The notes under the pieces are model-generated. The model worked only from the letters and a program-made list of their open reading frames with translations, had not been told where the DNA came from and ran no database searches. The position numbers and the translations under genes were made by a program. 25,291 nucleotides of DNA from a virus (Duplodnaviria > Caudoviricetes), in the IMG/VR virus record IMGVR_UViG_3300022178_002093, positions 1-25,291 of that record; one strand, given 5' to 3'. The first letter of the stretch is position 1. Each line of letters opens with the position of its first letter. Below are positions 6,531-16,300 of the stretch, piece after piece.

Positions 6531-8145
6531 TTATAGTTCTCCGGTTGAAATTAGATGCAAGACGCCCCAAAGGAAAAAAATATGTATGGTTAGTAGAGAG
6601 TATATGTAGGGATGTCTTAGACCGTGTAATACCAGTATACCACACCCTCGCTTCAGCCATCTTGTCTTTGAGGTTTTTGGTTGAAAAATTAGATGGCCAA
6701 TTAGCTTTTTCATATATTAGTACGTTGTCTGCCTCCCCACCTTTAACTGAGTGGATTGTGTCGATTATTATTTTTGCTTTTTCATTAAATTGAATATTTC
6801 TTTTTAACATACTTTCAAAATAATCCAAGTCTCGCACAGTAAATTTTCTATTTAAGACTTTCCACCAATCACTCTCGGTAGTCTCTAAACCACAATTCTT
6901 TTTTAAGAATTCTAGATCTAACGGTTGATTAGGATGAATATCTGACCAAGCTTTATTGTCAATTTTTCTCCATCCTTTTTTAATTTGATCAATAAAATCA
7001 TACAAAACACCTACCTGTTCTTTAGTTATGCTCTCACCTTTTTGTAAGGCTAACCAATGATTTATGGCATTCCATTTGTTTATATTGAACGATTTATTTC
7101 CTCGCATATCTTGGAAATATAAGCCTTTTTGCCTAGCATATTCTTTAAGCTCATCGACATTATCACCAACTCTGCCTAATACAAACCAAGTTCCTTCTAG
7201 TGTATCAAAAGGTACTTCGTTAAATCTACTATAAGTTTTTATTGAACCCATAGAACTATTAGTTGAGGTAAATTCTTTTGGTTGTCTCTCAGGTATAAAT
7301 TTTAATATTTCTTTAGAGAAATTAAGTATTGTTTCATTTAATCGATATGATTTATTTAATATAAACACTTTACCTGGAAAATCTAAAAAACTTCTAACTC
7401 TAGCTCCATTCCACTCATAAATAGCCTGGTCATCATCTCCTGCTAAATAAACTCTGTTAGCTTGAGCTGCAACCTTATCTACAAACTGCCACTGTAAGGG
7501 TGTTAAATCTTGAGCTTCATCTACTATAAACACTTTATAAGATGGTGGATTAACTTCTTCTACATACTTTTCTACCATATCAGTAAAATCCATCTTATTA
7601 TCTTTTTTAAATTTAATATAGTTTCTTATTATGTCCGTGAATTGTTGTAGCCTAACTTTTTTTAATGGTTCTGCTTTGTATAATGCAATTGGATCTACTA
7701 ACATATTTCTAGCTTTATCATAAACTCTTAACGACCAGTTATTAAATACTTTGTGGTTAGCATCTTCTTCTGAAAAGTTTGCGCTTATAGTTCCCCAATC
7801 CGTATGAAATTTTAACATATCTACTCTTGGATCTAACACAGGTAATGAAGATAATTCTTTCTTACAAAATGAGTGTATTGTCCTAAAGTTATTAAAGTCA
7901 TCTTCATTGTATTGTTTAAATTTTTTTAAAACTCTATCTACAGCTTCGTCTATTGCTTTGTTAGTAAAGGACACATAAACCATTTCATGTGGTAGCACAC
8001 CTAACCTTAAATGTTTTTCTACTATCTTTATTAATCTAGTGGTCTTACCTGTACCTGGAGGACCAAATATCTTAAATGTTTTACTGTGAATCTGGGTCAA
8101 AAGGTGCTGCCTGTTGGTTGAAGCTGACGTTACGTTCTTTAACAT
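6523..8145 (-). CDS. UvrD/Rep-like superfamily 1 DNA helicase
   Basis: GPPGTGKT, SFTNKA, TIHS, VDEAQD, GDDDQAIY, SYR, TIHSVKGGE, YTGITR; start uncertain (8148 TTG, 8145 ATG or 8100 TTG). Confidence 0.93.
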   Translation of the reverse strand: MLKNVTSASTNRQHLLTQIHSKTFKIFGPPGTGKTTRLIKIVEKHLRLGVLPHEMVYVSFTNKAIDEAVDRVLKKFKQYNEDDFNNFRTIHSFCKKELSSLPVLDPRVDMLKFHTDWGTISANFSEEDANHKVFNNWSLRVYDKARNMLVDPIALYKAEPLKKVRLQQFTDIIRNYIKFKKDNKMDFTDMVEKYVEEVNPPSYKVFIVDEAQDLTPLQWQFVDKVAAQANRVYLAGDDDQAIYEWNGARVRSFLDFPGKVFILNKSYRLNETILNFSKEILKFIPERQPKEFTSTNSSMGSIKTYSRFNEVPFDTLEGTWFVLGRVGDNVDELKEYARQKGLYFQDMRGNKSFNINKWNAINHWLALQKGESITKEQVGVLYDFIDQIKKGWRKIDNKAWSDIHPNQPLDLEFLKKNCGLETTESDWWKVLNRKFTVRDLDYFESMLKRNIQFNEKAKIIIDTIHSVKGGEADNVLIYEKANWPSNFSTKNLKDKMAEARVWYTGITRSKTSLHILSTNHTYFFPLGRLASNFNRRTINE

Positions 8146-9628
8146 CAATTTTTATTCGTTTAGGTATCTTCCACAATCGACCTTTATACTCTTTGTATTG
8201 TCTTATGTATTCAGCTCCATTGTCAATTAATAATTCTTTTACTTCAAAAGGTTTTAAATTGTTACCATCTTTCTTTAAAAACTTTTTAAATAACTCTGCT
8301 CTAAAAAATAAATGGCCTTCTTCTTCAAACACATAATCTGTTTGTGTTTGTGTTATGTCATCAGCTAACTGACTGTCATCTATAAAGTTTCTAAATAAAT
8401 AATCAAATTCGTCTTTGTCATCGTCTGTAAAGTCATAACCTTCTACAGCAGTTTGAATAGATTTAAGATAGTTTAACCACAAACCAAACTCTTCTGTTTT
8501 CATTGTCTTCCATACAATATCACAGTCAAATAGTTCTGTTTTTAATAATTGTTGCTGACACAGTTGCTGGCCTGTTAATCTTACAGGTTTTTTATCTATA
8601 GTTAAAATATATTTAGGTGGTTTAGTACTAATCTTTTGAAATGAATCTACATGAAAATTATAATCTTTTTTACCTATACCTAATTTTCTTTTTACACATG
8701 CAGCTTGGTCACAATATTTTTTAGCAATAGGAGAACTACATTTGTAATTATAGTCTTTGTCACCACTTAAACTTTTTATAACAGTTATCTTTAATTCTTT
8801 TGGATCTATTCTGTCATCACCCCATGACTTATTTACATCACCTAATTCATCTTCCCATGCACCATCTTTACCATGTTTTTTAAGCATACAAACACCAACA
8901 TTAAACAATGCTTCGTTTCTACCATCACCCGGCTTAACTGCATTCTTAACAAAATTTTGTACACATGGTGGGTAATCTGCAAACTCTTTGTCTTCGTCAT
9001 TTAATTCTTCTAATTCTATTTTATAAAAATCTTCTGGTTTAATTAAAAAAGGTTGTACTGCTTCTTGTAATTTTTCTATAGGTATTGAGTGGCCGGTGTC
9101 ATCTATTGCATGTCTTGTAGTCATCTCAGCATTTTGATAAGGAAGATTTAACCAATTACCTATCGTACCTAATTCTACATTTATTGTTCTTTGTTTAGGA
9201 AATATTTCACAATCAGCTAAACCTAATCTGCTAGCTAACTTAGTTAGTTTATCAATCATATCAGTTGCTGGAATCACACCATCGATATGTAAAAATATAT
9301 GTAATCCACCAGACTTAGATCTGTAAGGAAACAGTGGTAGTTTTAATTCTCTAATTTTATAAATAACTTTTAATGGATCAAATCCATCATATTCATCAAC
9401 ATCTATACAACCCCACTTACAGTTGTTGTCTTTCATGATAGGTACAATACCTAAAGACAATTCACCTTTTAAATGTTTTTGGAATAATTCTAAAGTAACA
9501 TCTGCCTTCTTTGTTAATGCTCTACCTTCAGCTTTACCATCGGCCCTACGAGCTCCGGAGAGCTCGTAAGTACCATATGCTGACGTTAAGCCACCAAAAA
9601 GTTCACTAAAAAAATTTAGTGAACTCAT
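8081..9628 (-). CDS. Archaeo-eukaryotic (AEP) primase with Cys-containing C-terminal domain
   Basis: AEP motifs WGCIDVD, RSKSGGLH, IFPKQ, GNWLNLPY; then YPPC, GRNEALF and YKC..YC..AC. Confidence 0.82.
   Translation of the reverse strand: MSSLNFFSELFGGLTSAYGTYELSGARRADGKAEGRALTKKADVTLELFQKHLKGELSLGIVPIMKDNNCKWGCIDVDEYDGFDPLKVIYKIRELKLPLFPYRSKSGGLHIFLHIDGVIPATDMIDKLTKLASRLGLADCEIFPKQRTINVELGTIGNWLNLPYQNAEMTTRHAIDDTGHSIPIEKLQEAVQPFLIKPEDFYKIELEELNDEDKEFADYPPCVQNFVKNAVKPGDGRNEALFNVGVCMLKKHGKDGAWEDELGDVNKSWGDDRIDPKELKITVIKSLSGDKDYNYKCSSPIAKKYCDQAACVKRKLGIGKKDYNFHVDSFQKISTKPPKYILTIDKKPVRLTGQQLCQQQLLKTELFDCDIVWKTMKTEEFGLWLNYLKSIQTAVEGYDFTDDDKDEFDYLFRNFIDDSQLADDITQTQTDYVFEEEGHLFFRAELFKKFLKKDGNNLKPFEVKELLIDNGAEYIRQYKEYKGRLWKIPKRIKIDVKERNVSFNQQAAPFDPDSQ
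9090..9099 (+). repeat. TGGCCGGTGT motif copy
   Basis: Exact match to copies at 3774 and 13515. Confidence 0.7.
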
Positions 9629-10422
9629 TAGAATGGTGCTGTGCCAGTTTGTGCTTGTTGTTCTTCGGTAAGGTTGACCTTGGCATTACCTTTTTTACAC
9701 GTATCATAAAATGCCATCGCAGCATTCATGAGCGCATCATTAGGAATGTCTTTGTTGTGGTCAACTTCCCAACCAAACCAAGAACCCAAAGAGTTCTTTT
9801 CTAACACAGTTCTCAAAGTATAAATTTGAGACCATGTAGGTGGTTGGAACATACCTTTACTGCCTTTTCTCCTTTGAGAAAGCATCATAGAATTCCACTT
9901 CTTAGACTTTTTAGCCTGCGTAGCTTTCATTACTATGACAGCAGTATCGGTTGCCATATCATTCTCATCAACCATTAAAACATAATGATAGTGAGTTGGC
10001 TCGATATAATTACCACTTGGCAATCTATCTTTCCGATCGTCACCCCTAGTTGTTTTAGTCATTATATCCGAATCAGCAGGATATGAATTAACAGGTGCAA
10101 CAGAATTCTGTGTACCCCTATCAGCCCATTCAACATATTCGAATTTAAAGAAACAAGGAATGGCCTTAAATCCTGTTTGCCCATCATAGAGCTTATTTAA
10201 AACAGAATTAATAACCATACCTGGTCTTGCCTCACTAATAAACTTCGCATCACCTTGAGTGACATGAGGAGAATTATTAGTAAGTATTTTTAAAAACGGA
10301 AGTGATACATCTTTTGATGTAATGTTTTCCGCTCCTGCACCTGCGAACTGTTCCATACTTGAAACCATAGGTGCTTGTGCTGTTGCTTTAGTTGCAACTG
10401 CGTTGGCTTTTTCTTGTGCCAT
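9628..10422 (-). CDS. Putative single-stranded DNA-binding protein
   Basis: SD GAGGT; coupled to the primase by TAATG; LPFLKIL..SP N-terminal motif; aromatic-rich beta segments; flexible tail ending in PF as in SSBs. Confidence 0.6.
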   Translation of the reverse strand: MAQEKANAVATKATAQAPMVSSMEQFAGAGAENITSKDVSLPFLKILTNNSPHVTQGDAKFISEARPGMVINSVLNKLYDGQTGFKAIPCFFKFEYVEWADRGTQNSVAPVNSYPADSDIMTKTTRGDDRKDRLPSGNYIEPTHYHYVLMVDENDMATDTAVIVMKATQAKKSKKWNSMMLSQRRKGSKGMFQPPTWSQIYTLRTVLEKNSLGSWFGWEVDHNKDIPNDALMNAAMAFYDTCKKGNAKVNLTEEQQAQTGTAPF

Positions 10423-10440
10423 GTGTTACCTCTTTAGTTG

Positions 10441-10983
10441 TTAGTTGTTAGTTTTTATTTTAGTTCGGTTAGCAATATACAATCCAAAAGTTTCAGATGG
10501 TATAGTTTTATTCTTCTCAATTTGCTCTTTTACAAATCCTCGAAGAGTTTGCCAATGAACGTCCTGTTTTTGGTCTACGACAAGACCTTTGGATTCTAAT
10601 TCAGTTTTTAATTTAACTGCACTAGAATCTTCCCCCTTACCAAACGAAATTGATAAATTATTTTTTATCAAATCCCCGTGACTGTTCTCACGCAACCATC
10701 GGAAGGCCTCTTCTTTTTTGGCCTCTTGGATCTTCGCATAGTAGTAAGGTGAAACTTCGACTGAAGTACCATCATCAAGTTTAATTGATGAGACTCCTGC
10801 TTGCTGCATTAGAGTAGGTATCACTTCTTCAGATAAACGTCTAGCTTCTTCTTGTTGTTCTTTAAGAAGATTTTCTGTGTCCTCGACTAATTTATTTTGG
10901 GAAGTTAGCTTTTTACAAGCTGTAGATATTTCTTTTACTTCGTCAGTTTTTATATTTATCTTTGTTAGTTGTTCTAGGTTCAT
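10441..10983 (-). CDS. Conserved phage replication-module protein (N-terminal coiled coil)
   Basis: Strong SD AAGGAGGT (10991-10998); IPTLMQQAG..AFRWLRE..GDLIK..VHWQTL pattern typical of the gene preceding such SSB-like genes. Confidence 0.85.
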   Translation of the reverse strand: MNLEQLTKINIKTDEVKEISTACKKLTSQNKLVEDTENLLKEQQEEARRLSEEVIPTLMQQAGVSSIKLDDGTSVEVSPYYYAKIQEAKKEEAFRWLRENSHGDLIKNNLSISFGKGEDSSAVKLKTELESKGLVVDQKQDVHWQTLRGFVKEQIEKNKTIPSETFGLYIANRTKIKTNN

Positions 10984-11007
10984 AAATATGACCTCCTTTT
11001 TAATAAG

Positions 11008-11040
11008 TTGACTTTATACTTAAATTAAATATATTGTCAA
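11008..11040. promoter_or_regulatory. Symmetric bidirectional sigma70-type promoter
   Basis: TTGACT (+, 11008-11013) and TTGACA (-, 11035-11040); each has a TAnnnT hexamer 18 bp downstream (TATTGT; TAAAGT); lies between divergent genes. Confidence 0.65.
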
Positions 11041-11045
11041 TCATT

Positions 11046-12479
11046 ATGTTGAACTTGTTTAACTTTAAAACACAACCATACGAACACCAGAAAACTTGCC
11101 TTATTAAAGCATGGGATAAACCCACATACGCTTTTTTCATGGAAATGGGTACAGGTAAAACAAAAGTTGCTGTAGATAATATAGGACTTTTACGAATCAA
11201 TAAAAATATTACTGGAGTTTTAATACTAGCACCTAAATCAGTTTACACTGTGTGGGCTTTTGATGAAATAAATAAACACATGTCTCCAGATGTAGAGTAT
11301 GAAATCTATTCTTGGAACATAGATAAACCTAAACAATTAAAAAAATCTTTAGACAACAAAGGTAAATTAAAAATATTTTGTATGAATATAGAAGCACTTT
11401 CTACTAGTAGAGGTATAAAAGGTGCTACAGAATTTTTATATAACCACAAAGAAAACCTTACTATTATAGATGAATCTACTACAATTAAAAACCACAAAGC
11501 CATACGTACTAGAAATGTTTTAAAATTATCTGAATATTCTAAATACAAAAGAATACTTACAGGTTCTCCTGTAACCAAATCACCATTAGACTTGTATACA
11601 CAATGTGATTTTTTAGATACCAGTCACTTAGGTTTTTCTTCTTATTTTACTTTTAGAAACAGATATTGTGTAACTCATAGGCTTGATTTAGGTAATGGTA
11701 GATACACAGAGATACCTAAATACTATGTACACCTTGATGAACTAGAAGATAAATTAAGTAAATTTTCATACAGAGTAACTAAAGATGAATGCTTAGACCT
11801 ACCTCCTAAATTATATTCTAAAAGATATATAGATATGAATGATGATCAAAAAGACTTTTACGAAAGATTAAGAATAGCTGCAATAGCTATTATAGAAGAT
11901 GAAGCCGTATCTTATAATAATAAATTAACTGAAATAATTAAACTTCATCAAGTATGTAATGGATTTGTAAAAACAAATGACGGAGAACTTAAAGAATTTA
12001 AAAATCCTAAACTGCATGCATTGTCAGATATTATAGAAGAATCAGAAGGTAAGGTAATTATATGGGCCAACTACATATATAATATAGAATCTATAATAAA
12101 ATTTTTACAAGAAAAGTATGGAGTGTATTCTGTTGTATCTAACTATGGAGCTGTAGACACTCTTAAACGTGCTGAGGCAGTAAAAAAATTTCAAGAAGAT
12201 GATACTTGTAGATTCTTTGTAGGTAATCCTGCAACAGGTGGTTTTGGTTTAACTCTTACAGAGGCTAAAAATATTATTTATTTTTCTAATAGTTTTAATT
12301 TTGAACATAGAAGACAATCAGAAGATAGAGCTCACAGATCTGGTTTAAAACATAGAGTCTTGTATACAGATTTAATATGTAAAGGTACAATTGATGAAAG
12401 AATTATCTCTTCTTTGTCTAATAAAAATAAATTAGCTATTAAAACTTTAGGTGATGAATTTAAAGAATGGCTTACTTAA
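11046..12479 (+). CDS. SNF2-like superfamily 2 helicase
   Basis: PYEHQ, MEMGTGKT, IIDEST, LTGSP, GLTLT, QSEDRAHRSG; ATG at 11046 preferred because the TTG at 11034 lies inside the promoter. Confidence 0.93.
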   Translation: MLNLFNFKTQPYEHQKTCLIKAWDKPTYAFFMEMGTGKTKVAVDNIGLLRINKNITGVLILAPKSVYTVWAFDEINKHMSPDVEYEIYSWNIDKPKQLKKSLDNKGKLKIFCMNIEALSTSRGIKGATEFLYNHKENLTIIDESTTIKNHKAIRTRNVLKLSEYSKYKRILTGSPVTKSPLDLYTQCDFLDTSHLGFSSYFTFRNRYCVTHRLDLGNGRYTEIPKYYVHLDELEDKLSKFSYRVTKDECLDLPPKLYSKRYIDMNDDQKDFYERLRIAAIAIIEDEAVSYNNKLTEIIKLHQVCNGFVKTNDGELKEFKNPKLHALSDIIEESEGKVIIWANYIYNIESIIKFLQEKYGVYSVVSNYGAVDTLKRAEAVKKFQEDDTCRFFVGNPATGGFGLTLTEAKNIIYFSNSFNFEHRRQSEDRAHRSGLKHRVLYTDLICKGTIDERIISSLSNKNKLAIKTLGDEFKEWLT

Positions 12480-13197
12480 TTGTTTCAAGATACTTGTCGT
12501 ATCTTTCCCACCACTTACCTTGGTAGTCTTTTAGTTCCTGGCCTTCAATAGTAAACTCTTGATAATTAAAATCTCTAGAACACATACATATTTTTGCTTG
12601 TTCTATTTCTCCATACATAGATTCATGCGCTAAACTATACGCTCCTAATTGTGTAAAGTAATCTTGAACTGCGCTCCACTCTCTTCTCTTGGGTTTATTA
12701 GTTTGTTTCCAATCAAAGATAGTGGGCTTATCGTTCATGACCCCCACGCAGTCTGTAGCTCCCGCATATTTTTCTGGATAGGCTAAACTTATTTCATTAC
12801 CCCAAACTTGTGATAACGGATCTAAGTTTTTTAAAATAGTATGAGCCATTTTTCTAGCTCTGTTTCCTTTTTCTGTAAGATTTAAATAACCTTCACCTTC
12901 AATATATTTTTCTATAACTAAATGCATTTCAGTTCCCATAGCAGATGCTTCATTTTTTATTTTCTCTGCACCTTCTTCACCAACTTTTTCTCTCCACCTG
13001 GCTAAAGCATCTATAGATTCTTGATCTTTTGTTGCACCTAATATTGTAGTTACACTAGGTAATTTCTTACCATCTACAGAATACATACGTCTTCCTGTTT
13101 CAGGATCAGCTGCTCTTGAGTATTTTTTGTAAGGATATTTTTTTATTAATTCAAATTCTGCTAAAGAAAAATTATTGTCGTTTTCTATAAATTTCAT
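12472..13197 (-). CDS. PD-(D/E)xK exonuclease (MGME1/Cas4-like fold, no Fe-S Cys set)
   Basis: LPSVTTIL, GTEMH, E-ISL, YAGATD, IFDWKQ, QLGAY. Confidence 0.88.
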   Translation of the reverse strand: MKFIENDNNFSLAEFELIKKYPYKKYSRAADPETGRRMYSVDGKKLPSVTTILGATKDQESIDALARWREKVGEEGAEKIKNEASAMGTEMHLVIEKYIEGEGYLNLTEKGNRARKMAHTILKNLDPLSQVWGNEISLAYPEKYAGATDCVGVMNDKPTIFDWKQTNKPKRREWSAVQDYFTQLGAYSLAHESMYGEIEQAKICMCSRDFNYQEFTIEGQELKDYQGKWWERYDKYLETIK

Positions 13198-13206
13198 TCC
13201 ATACTA

Positions 13207-13389
13207 TTACTTCATCATATTTAAAAGTAAAGCTAAAAGAACAGCTCCCATACCACCAACAATCCAATATTCTATTCTTTTTATTCTTTCTTGCATCTCT
13301 TTTATTTGTTCAAATGTTTGTTTTTGCATGATACGACATAGCTTTTCATGACTTTCTATTTTTTGTAAAGCTGAAGGTTTTTTAGCCAT
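13207..13389 (-). CDS. Small coiled-coil protein with C-terminal transmembrane helix (XhlA/holin-like)
   Basis: SD GAGGTG; heptad-like N-terminal part, then YWIVGGMGAVLLALLLNMM. Confidence 0.65.
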   Translation of the reverse strand: MAKKPSALQKIESHEKLCRIMQKQTFEQIKEMQERIKRIEYWIVGGMGAVLLALLLNMMK

Positions 13390-16300
13390 TTAGCACCTCG
13401 TCTACTTGATTGTAGATATCTTCTACAAAACCACCTTCTTTTAATTGTCTAGTAGCTACTGCCTGGCCCAATGTATCTTGTGGAAACAGACTAGCATACT
13501 GTTGTGCTTGCACTTGGCCGGTGTTCTGTGGCGGAGGTGGTGTCATCGCTTGCGGTTGTGTGTTTGTCGGAGGTACACCCATGTTTTGTGGTTGTGTACT
13601 TTGCGGTAACATTTCTTTACCTTCAGCCATCTCTTCAAACTTTTGTTCTTGAAGTGCCATTACATTAGCTCCTTGTAAAAAATCTTCACCTGATCTTAGT
13701 GTAGAGGCTGACATTTTTTTCATCATATCAAATTCAGGATATATTCTATCTCTAGTAAATTTAGGCATAGAACCAAAATCATAGCTTACTGATAAGGGTA
13801 TGTTAGGATCTAAACTTTGTAATTTTTCTCTTACTTCTTCAAAATCAATTTTATCAGGATTTACTCTAAAATCATCACCTTCTGCTTCCATTAAACTATT
13901 TATAAATCTAGCAAATGTTCTGGAAGTTCTAGGAACTAATTGTGGAGATAGTTTATATACACTAGGATCATCAGACATAAATCTCATAGTCTTATTCATT
14001 TCCATTAAATTTTCAGCTACTTTAGGACTTGTTAATACACTACCAAGTAATCTACTTCCTAAAATTAATTTTAATGTATTACCAAAACCAAATGCAGCAC
14101 TTGTTGCTCCTGCCATTATACCACCAGAAGAACCAGCTCTTAATGTAATAGATCTTTGTACAAACTTAGAAGGATCTGTATATTCTACTAAATCCAAAGC
14201 TCTTTTCATTATTATAATATCTTCAATTCTTTTTAACGCTTTGTCTCCTGCAGCTCCACCACCAAACATTTCTCTTATTTTATCTTTCCCTTGTGGTTGA
14301 TCAAGTCCTAAATTTTTTACAAACTTGTTAGTATCAAATTCTCCAAAGTCATGATTTCTAATTACTCCATCATTTAAGTTAGCTACACCATCTCCTTGAG
14401 TAAATACTCTTCCATCTATTTCAGTAACATCTAAAGTTTCGTTTATTTTAGTTTTTGCTCTAACTCTTTGTTCTGTAGCATCATCAAGTGCAAATATTCT
14501 TTTATTAACAAAACCTTTTTTAGCGGCTTGAGCAGCAATTGCTTGTGCGGATAAAGATCTATGATCTCTAAGAGGCTTAGTCATTGCTTCATTCCAAGAA
14601 TCCCAAAAGAATGTTCTAACATATCTGTCATACATTTCTTGTGACTCTTTACTTTTAGGTATTTGAATGGTTCTTTTTACAGTTCCGTCTTTACCTAAAA
14701 CCTCATAACTAGATTTAGTAACTCCTAACACTTGTTTTAGTTGTTTAATAGCATCAGGACTATCTGAATCTAATACTCTTCTTATAACTTTATCAAATAC
14801 TTGATCTGGATATATGCCCGCATTACCCTGCATTTCAATACCTTTATCTGCAAATATTTTAGCATCTACTGAAGCTAATTGTCTTGCAACTTTGTTTGTA
14901 CTAAACGGTCTAAGCACTAATGAGTAATAAGCATTAGCTTCTTTTAATTGATTGAAACCAGAATTAGCTACTCTAATTTGTTGATCTATAAAATCTTCGG
15001 CAGCTTGTGGTCCCTCACTATCTAATAGATTTTTATATTCATCTTTAAATACTTTATCTTTTAAATTAGTTCTAACGGTTGCTTCTCCCATACTATTTAA
15101 ATCTTTTTCCATGGCATTTCTAATAACTAATATTTGAGGTTTAACATTTTTAAATTTAGTTCCTGTGTATGCTGCAGTTTGCATTCTAGATAATCCAGTC
15201 CAATCACTCATTCTAATATAATTATCATTTCTTGTTATATCATTAAGAAATTGTGTATATTGCACTAAAGGATCATCAGCTGGCGTTAAATCTCTTGCAC
15301 CTTTCTGCATGTTATCAAAAGCGCCACTATAAGAATAGGTGTTAGGATACTCATTTTTCATTTGGGTTAGTAGTCTCTCTGTTTCTTGTTTGATAGTTGC
15401 CGTTGGAATCATTTTAGGATTACCTATATCTTCCCAATGTTTTCTAACTTTTCCATATTCAGTGTCTACTGTTTTCCAAACATTCTTCCATTCTTTTTTA
15501 ATTTCATTAATACCTGCGTAATTCATAATACTTTGATTACTTCCGGGAGCCATATTTAAATTATCCACAGTATTTAAAAATTCTTCTTGAGATAAATTTT
15601 TATTAAAGTCTTTGTTAAATTTCATTAAAGGACCGCTAACAAGTGGATACACACCAATAGTAGTAAAGAATTTTTTAAAAAAGTTTTGAAAAGCATTTTC
15701 TCCTGGTATTAAAGCTGCTACGTTAGGTTTTTGACCCATTCTTTCAAATGATTGTGCAATAGCTTTTGATTGATCTGAGTTTAGTCCTAATGATTGTTTT
15801 AATCCTTCTCTTCCAGCAAATCTAACTAAAGGTATTAAAGACATAGCACCACCTGCCCAAAGCAGATCGTTATATGTTTCATTTAATCCATTGTATAAAG
15901 CTCTTTGTGCAAAAGGTAATTTTCTAATATCATTATCAGTAAGATTAGCTAAGTCTTGAGAAGTAGCTCCTACGTAATCAGATCCTAAATTACCTATGTC
16001 ATATAAAACAGAGCCTGCACCTGCTCCACCTGCAGCCATCAATATTGATTGTGATTCAGTAGCTAATGCTGGTGTTGCTCCAAACTTTTTTAATTTTTTA
16101 AAAAAATCTATAGTGTTGTCTGCCATACCTGCTAGACTTCCTAACATTCTTACAGGCAGTCCTGCTCTTCCTCTTATCTTAGGTAGTTTTTTTACTTGAT
16201 CACTTAAAGCTGTAAATCTTTTTTGATACATTCCAAACATATCTGCATTACGCATATCTACACCGTATTGATCTTTAAATCCGCTTTGTACAAAAGCTTT

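Noticed and set aside
6531-6713. Same-strand alternate-frame ORFs (also 21214..21414)
   Set aside because: Nested in the helicase or glycosyltransferase gene, with no initiation signal or motif
11000-11578. Minus-strand ORFs 11000..11200 and 11306..11578
   Set aside because: Antisense to the SNF2 helicase and overlapping its promoter
12472-13197. Cas4-like nuclease as sign of a CRISPR system
   Set aside because: No Fe-S Cys set, no array and no other cas genes; ordinary phage exonuclease
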